IMG/VR virus record: IMGVR_UViG_3300025159_000001
Direction: 5' to 3' (one strand)
DNA: 27,470 nucleotides
DNA from: an uncultured virus (IMG/VR IMGVR_UViG_3300025159_000001)
Lineage: Duplodnaviria; Heunggongvirae; Uroviricota; Caudoviricetes
The position numbers were made by a program, and so were the translations under genes. The notes beneath the pieces are model-generated. The model saw only the letters and a list, made by a program, of their open reading frames with translations, made no database searches and was not told where the DNA came from. Positions 24,896 through 27,470 of the stretch are shown one piece after another. Numbering within the stretch: position 1 is the first letter of the stretch; the number at the start of each line of letters is the position of its first letter.

Positions 24896-25447
24896 ATGTC
24901 TGATATATTTTTTACAAGTGACCAACATTTCAATCACGCTAATGTAATTAAATATTGTGACCGTTCATATGAGACTGTTGAAAAAATGGACAGAGATTTA
25001 ATTAATCAGTGGAATAACACTATCGGAGAAAAAGATATTGTTTACCATCTAGGGGATTTTACCCTAGGTAATGCAAAAATCGCTGGAAAATATTTCTATC
25101 AGTTAAATGGAAATATTTTCATATTAAATAATCCCTATCATCATGATAATCGATGGATAGGGGGGAAATTTTATTCAAAAACATCTGAAGTTAGGTATCT
25201 CCCCTCTTTTTTTATTATAAAGGAATTTAATCCCGAAATAGTTTTATTTCATTATCCCATAGCCCAATGGGATAAAAAACATTATGGTTCTTGGCATCTA
25301 CATGGACATTCTCATGGAAATTATTCTGCCCCAGACGGCTTTATTTTAGACGTTGGGGTGGACAATATTTTTAAATTATTTGGTCAGTATAGACCAATTA
25401 GTTTTGAAGAAGTAAAAAAATACATGGAAGGATTAAAAGGAGAATAA
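24896..25447 (+). CDS. Calcineurin-like metallophosphoesterase (phage type)
   Basis: FFTSDQHFNH, VYHLGDF, LFHYP, HLHGHSH, DVGVD; start at ATG 24896 (MSDIFF). Confidence 0.88.
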   Translation: MSDIFFTSDQHFNHANVIKYCDRSYETVEKMDRDLINQWNNTIGEKDIVYHLGDFTLGNAKIAGKYFYQLNGNIFILNNPYHHDNRWIGGKFYSKTSEVRYLPSFFIIKEFNPEIVLFHYPIAQWDKKHYGSWHLHGHSHGNYSAPDGFILDVGVDNIFKLFGQYRPISFEEVKKYMEGLKGE

Positions 25448-25609
25448 ATGACAGTATCAGAAGCTTTGGATAATCTTTGGGAAACCATTAAAACTCAGTC
25501 CATAGTTATAACTATGGATGATGAGGATTTAATAATTTATGCATTAAATTATCTTGGTGCTAACCTAGATCACGCTTTTGAAGAATTTATTAATGAAAAG
25601 GAGAATTAA
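25448..25609 (+). CDS. Small acidic hypothetical protein (53 aa); not in the ORF track
   Basis: AAGGAGAATAAATG; MTVSEALDNLWETIKTQSIVITMDDEDLIIYALNYLGANLDHAFEEFINEKEN fills the gap exactly. Confidence 0.75.
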   Translation: MTVSEALDNLWETIKTQSIVITMDDEDLIIYALNYLGANLDHAFEEFINEKEN

Positions 25610-25610
25610 A

Positions 25611-25877
25611 ATGATTAAAGTTCTACTAGCTCTGTTAGCAAGTTGGGATCAGGAAAGAAACTTAATTATACTAGAACACATAGTAAGAATAATAAAAGTA
25701 ATGAAAACATATCCACCAAAAGAAAAAACCCCCGATTTTGTTAACATCTTATTAGGATCTCCAAATTTAGAGGATCCAGAATTATTTGCATCTGCTATGG
25801 AGGTTGCCATAGCAGACATTTTAGTTTCCGAATTAGCCTCGAATTTTAAAGTTTGGGGCTTAATATTTTATCCATAG
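25611..25877 (+). CDS. Hypothetical protein (88 aa)
   Basis: AAGGAGAATTAAAATG places the start at 25611. Confidence 0.7.
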   Translation: MIKVLLALLASWDQERNLIILEHIVRIIKVMKTYPPKEKTPDFVNILLGSPNLEDPELFASAMEVAIADILVSELASNFKVWGLIFYP

Positions 25878-25888
25878 GAGAAAATAAA

Positions 25889-26083
25889 ATGAATACAATG
25901 GAAAAAGTTTTAAATTCTTTGGTTGGAGAAACTGCTTGGTTTATAAATAAATGGGGGGAAGAAGAAGGTGGAGCACTAGAAAAAGAGGGGGGAGAATTTA
26001 AAGTTAATAAGTTTTATTTTATACCCGAAAAAGTAGATGAAATTGTAATAAATCAGGACAACGTAGAAATCTATCTAAAATAG
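25889..26083 (+). CDS. Hypothetical protein (64 aa)
   Basis: AGGAGAAAATAAAATG places the start at 25889. Confidence 0.7.
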   Translation: MNTMEKVLNSLVGETAWFINKWGEEEGGALEKEGGEFKVNKFYFIPEKVDEIVINQDNVEIYLK

Positions 26084-26096
26084 GAGAGAAAATAAA

Positions 26097-26645
26097 ATGA
26101 ACGAGAACTCTTCACCATCTGCTGTAGGTTATTTTTTAGTCCTAATGGCAATAGTAGGAATTTTTGCCGTTCTATTAACTCTAGGGGGGAGTTTATTTCT
26201 CCCCTCGTTAGAAAATCTAACAGGACAAGATTTAAATAAAGCCGCTAGAAATTTAACTGCTGAAGAAATTTGGAGATTAGAAGTTAAAGAAAATCCAAAT
26301 TTTCTAACCGAGTTATTTTTCTTCGACTCAGAAATGGGGGAAGAAATAAATGGGGGATTAAAAAATAATAGTCATGCCTCTGAAAAACATCTCACGGATG
26401 CGGATACCGTTAGATCATGTTTTAAAAACAATAATGTTCTTGAAGGCATTATTGTTTTATTTAACCCCGATACAGGGCGCGTAGCAAGGATTTGTTACAT
26501 TTTAGATTCTGGAAAATTCGGGATTCAGATAATAGAAAAAGTAGGAAATGAATGGCAAGAAGTAACTTCTTTTGTTAAAAACAAAATGAAAAATTTAACG
26601 GATGTGATTCGGTACTTAAATAACACCGGATATGTAAAATGGTAA
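26097..26645 (+). CDS. Membrane-anchored protein (N-terminal TM; C-terminal domain reminiscent of BECR/RelE-like folds)
   Basis: TM AVGYFLVLMAIVGIFAVLLTLGG; C-terminal SHASEKH...C...C...EVTSF. The fold call is tentative. Confidence 0.6.
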   Translation: MNENSSPSAVGYFLVLMAIVGIFAVLLTLGGSLFLPSLENLTGQDLNKAARNLTAEEIWRLEVKENPNFLTELFFFDSEMGEEINGGLKNNSHASEKHLTDADTVRSCFKNNNVLEGIIVLFNPDTGRVARICYILDSGKFGIQIIEKVGNEWQEVTSFVKNKMKNLTDVIRYLNNTGYVKW

Positions 26646-26666
26646 AAAACAAAAAGGAGATATAAA

Positions 26667-27077
26667 ATGAAGAGGCTAATTTTATTCCTTGTGTTGATTT
26701 TAATTTTATCCACAGTTTTTTTAGTGAGTGCGGGAAAACCGGATAAAAATCCCAAGCCAGAAAAAGTTGTTATTGTTCATTCTGGTGGACATGACAATGG
26801 AAATAATCCACACGAAATCTCTGTTAGTTGTAGAGCTAAAGGACATAAAAAAGAATTGGGAGAAAAATATTGCGGAAAAAATAAGGAGATTACTCAAGAA
26901 AATACTGAAATTACTCCAGGAGAACTTCAAGAAAATAATATCGAAAATGAAAGAGAGGAAAAAATTATTGAAGATATAAATCTAGAAGGAGACCCTAAAA
27001 TTTATCTGCCTGTGACTTTCAATATTATCAGAGATATGGAAAGTATTTTTCAATTAACAAGAAAAGGAAAACACTAA
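26667..27077 (+). CDS. Secreted protein with Sec signal peptide
   Basis: MKRLILFLVLILILSTVFLVSA| signal; His/Cys motif KVVIVHSGG...HEISVSCRAKGH...C; acidic linker; KIYLPV. Confidence 0.7.
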   Translation: MKRLILFLVLILILSTVFLVSAGKPDKNPKPEKVVIVHSGGHDNGNNPHEISVSCRAKGHKKELGEKYCGKNKEITQENTEITPGELQENNIENEREEKIIEDINLEGDPKIYLPVTFNIIRDMESIFQLTRKGKH

Positions 27078-27419
27078 ATGTTTACTGTAGAATTTGAAGG
27101 AAAAAAGATTAAAGTAAAATTCCGGCATGAACAAAAAGGACATGGAAAAAGATTTAAATTCTATACTTTTTGCTCAGTTTCAATTGAAGATTTAAGAGGA
27201 AATATTCAAGAGTTCCAGGGAAGTTCTCAAAGAAATCCCGTAGATAGAATTTGTAAAAACTACGGGAAAAAAGTTGCATTAATCAGAGCTATGGGGGAAA
27301 TTATAAAATTAGAGCTTCTTTCCAAAGAAGAAAGGACAAAAATTTGGGAAGAATTTTTCGCTAATTTTTACGGCTCTTACTATTGTGTACCTGTCAATTA
27401 CAGAGCAGTGCATATTTAA
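27078..27419 (+). CDS. Phage hypothetical protein (T-x-C...G-x-S...P-x-D...K-x-x-G-K-K-x-A-L-x-R-A pattern)
   Basis: 113 aa; the pattern recalls small uncharacterised phage proteins; AAGGA RBS. Confidence 0.6.
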   Translation: MFTVEFEGKKIKVKFRHEQKGHGKRFKFYTFCSVSIEDLRGNIQEFQGSSQRNPVDRICKNYGKKVALIRAMGEIIKLELLSKEERTKIWEEFFANFYGSYYCVPVNYRAVHI

Positions 27420-27470
27420 AAACAAATGCTCTCCTCATTATTTAAGAATAGTGGGGAGGCGTTTGTTTTT
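27420..27470 (+). terminator. Long hairpin at the window end
   Basis: AAACAAATGC-TCTCCTCATTATT / AATAGTGGGGAG-GCGTTTGTTT; ends in a T-run. Confidence 0.65.

Noticed and set aside
26525..26979. Overlapping ORFs 26525-26755 (-), 26721-26930 (-) and 26728-26979 (+)
   Set aside because: They overlap RBS-supported genes 26097-26645 and 26667-27077.

Overview
AT-rich tailed dsDNA phage segment with two distinct halves. Bases 1-20430 are one + strand late operon: the 3' part of a GT4-type glycosyltransferase split by a LAGLIDADG intein, putative head-tail joining and tail-completion genes, a major tail tube, tail assembly chaperones linked by a -1 frameshift, a 1677-aa tape measure, two paralogous hub proteins, tail fibre/receptor-binding proteins, and a lysis cassette (two membrane proteins plus a GH25-SH3b endolysin). 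No sheath gene is seen, so the tail is probably long and non-contractile. From about 20430 the sequence changes character: direct and inverted repeats, three leftward genes under a strong sigma70-type promoter with a ~280-nt structured leader, then a rightward accessory region of small genes. That region includes a Flp pilin-like gene missed by the ORF track, a SprT-like protein, a phosphoesterase and tRNA-Arg(UCU), interleaved with clusters of long hairpins. Best candidates for new biology: (i) virion O-glycosylation, with the intein-split GT in the structural operon and Ser-Gly-enriched tail-tip proteins; (ii) phage-encoded Flp pilin and pilin mimics; (iii) structured-RNA elements, one inside an ORF. 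A Chloroflexota host is a tentative inference. All calls are by eye; no database searches or folding programs were run.
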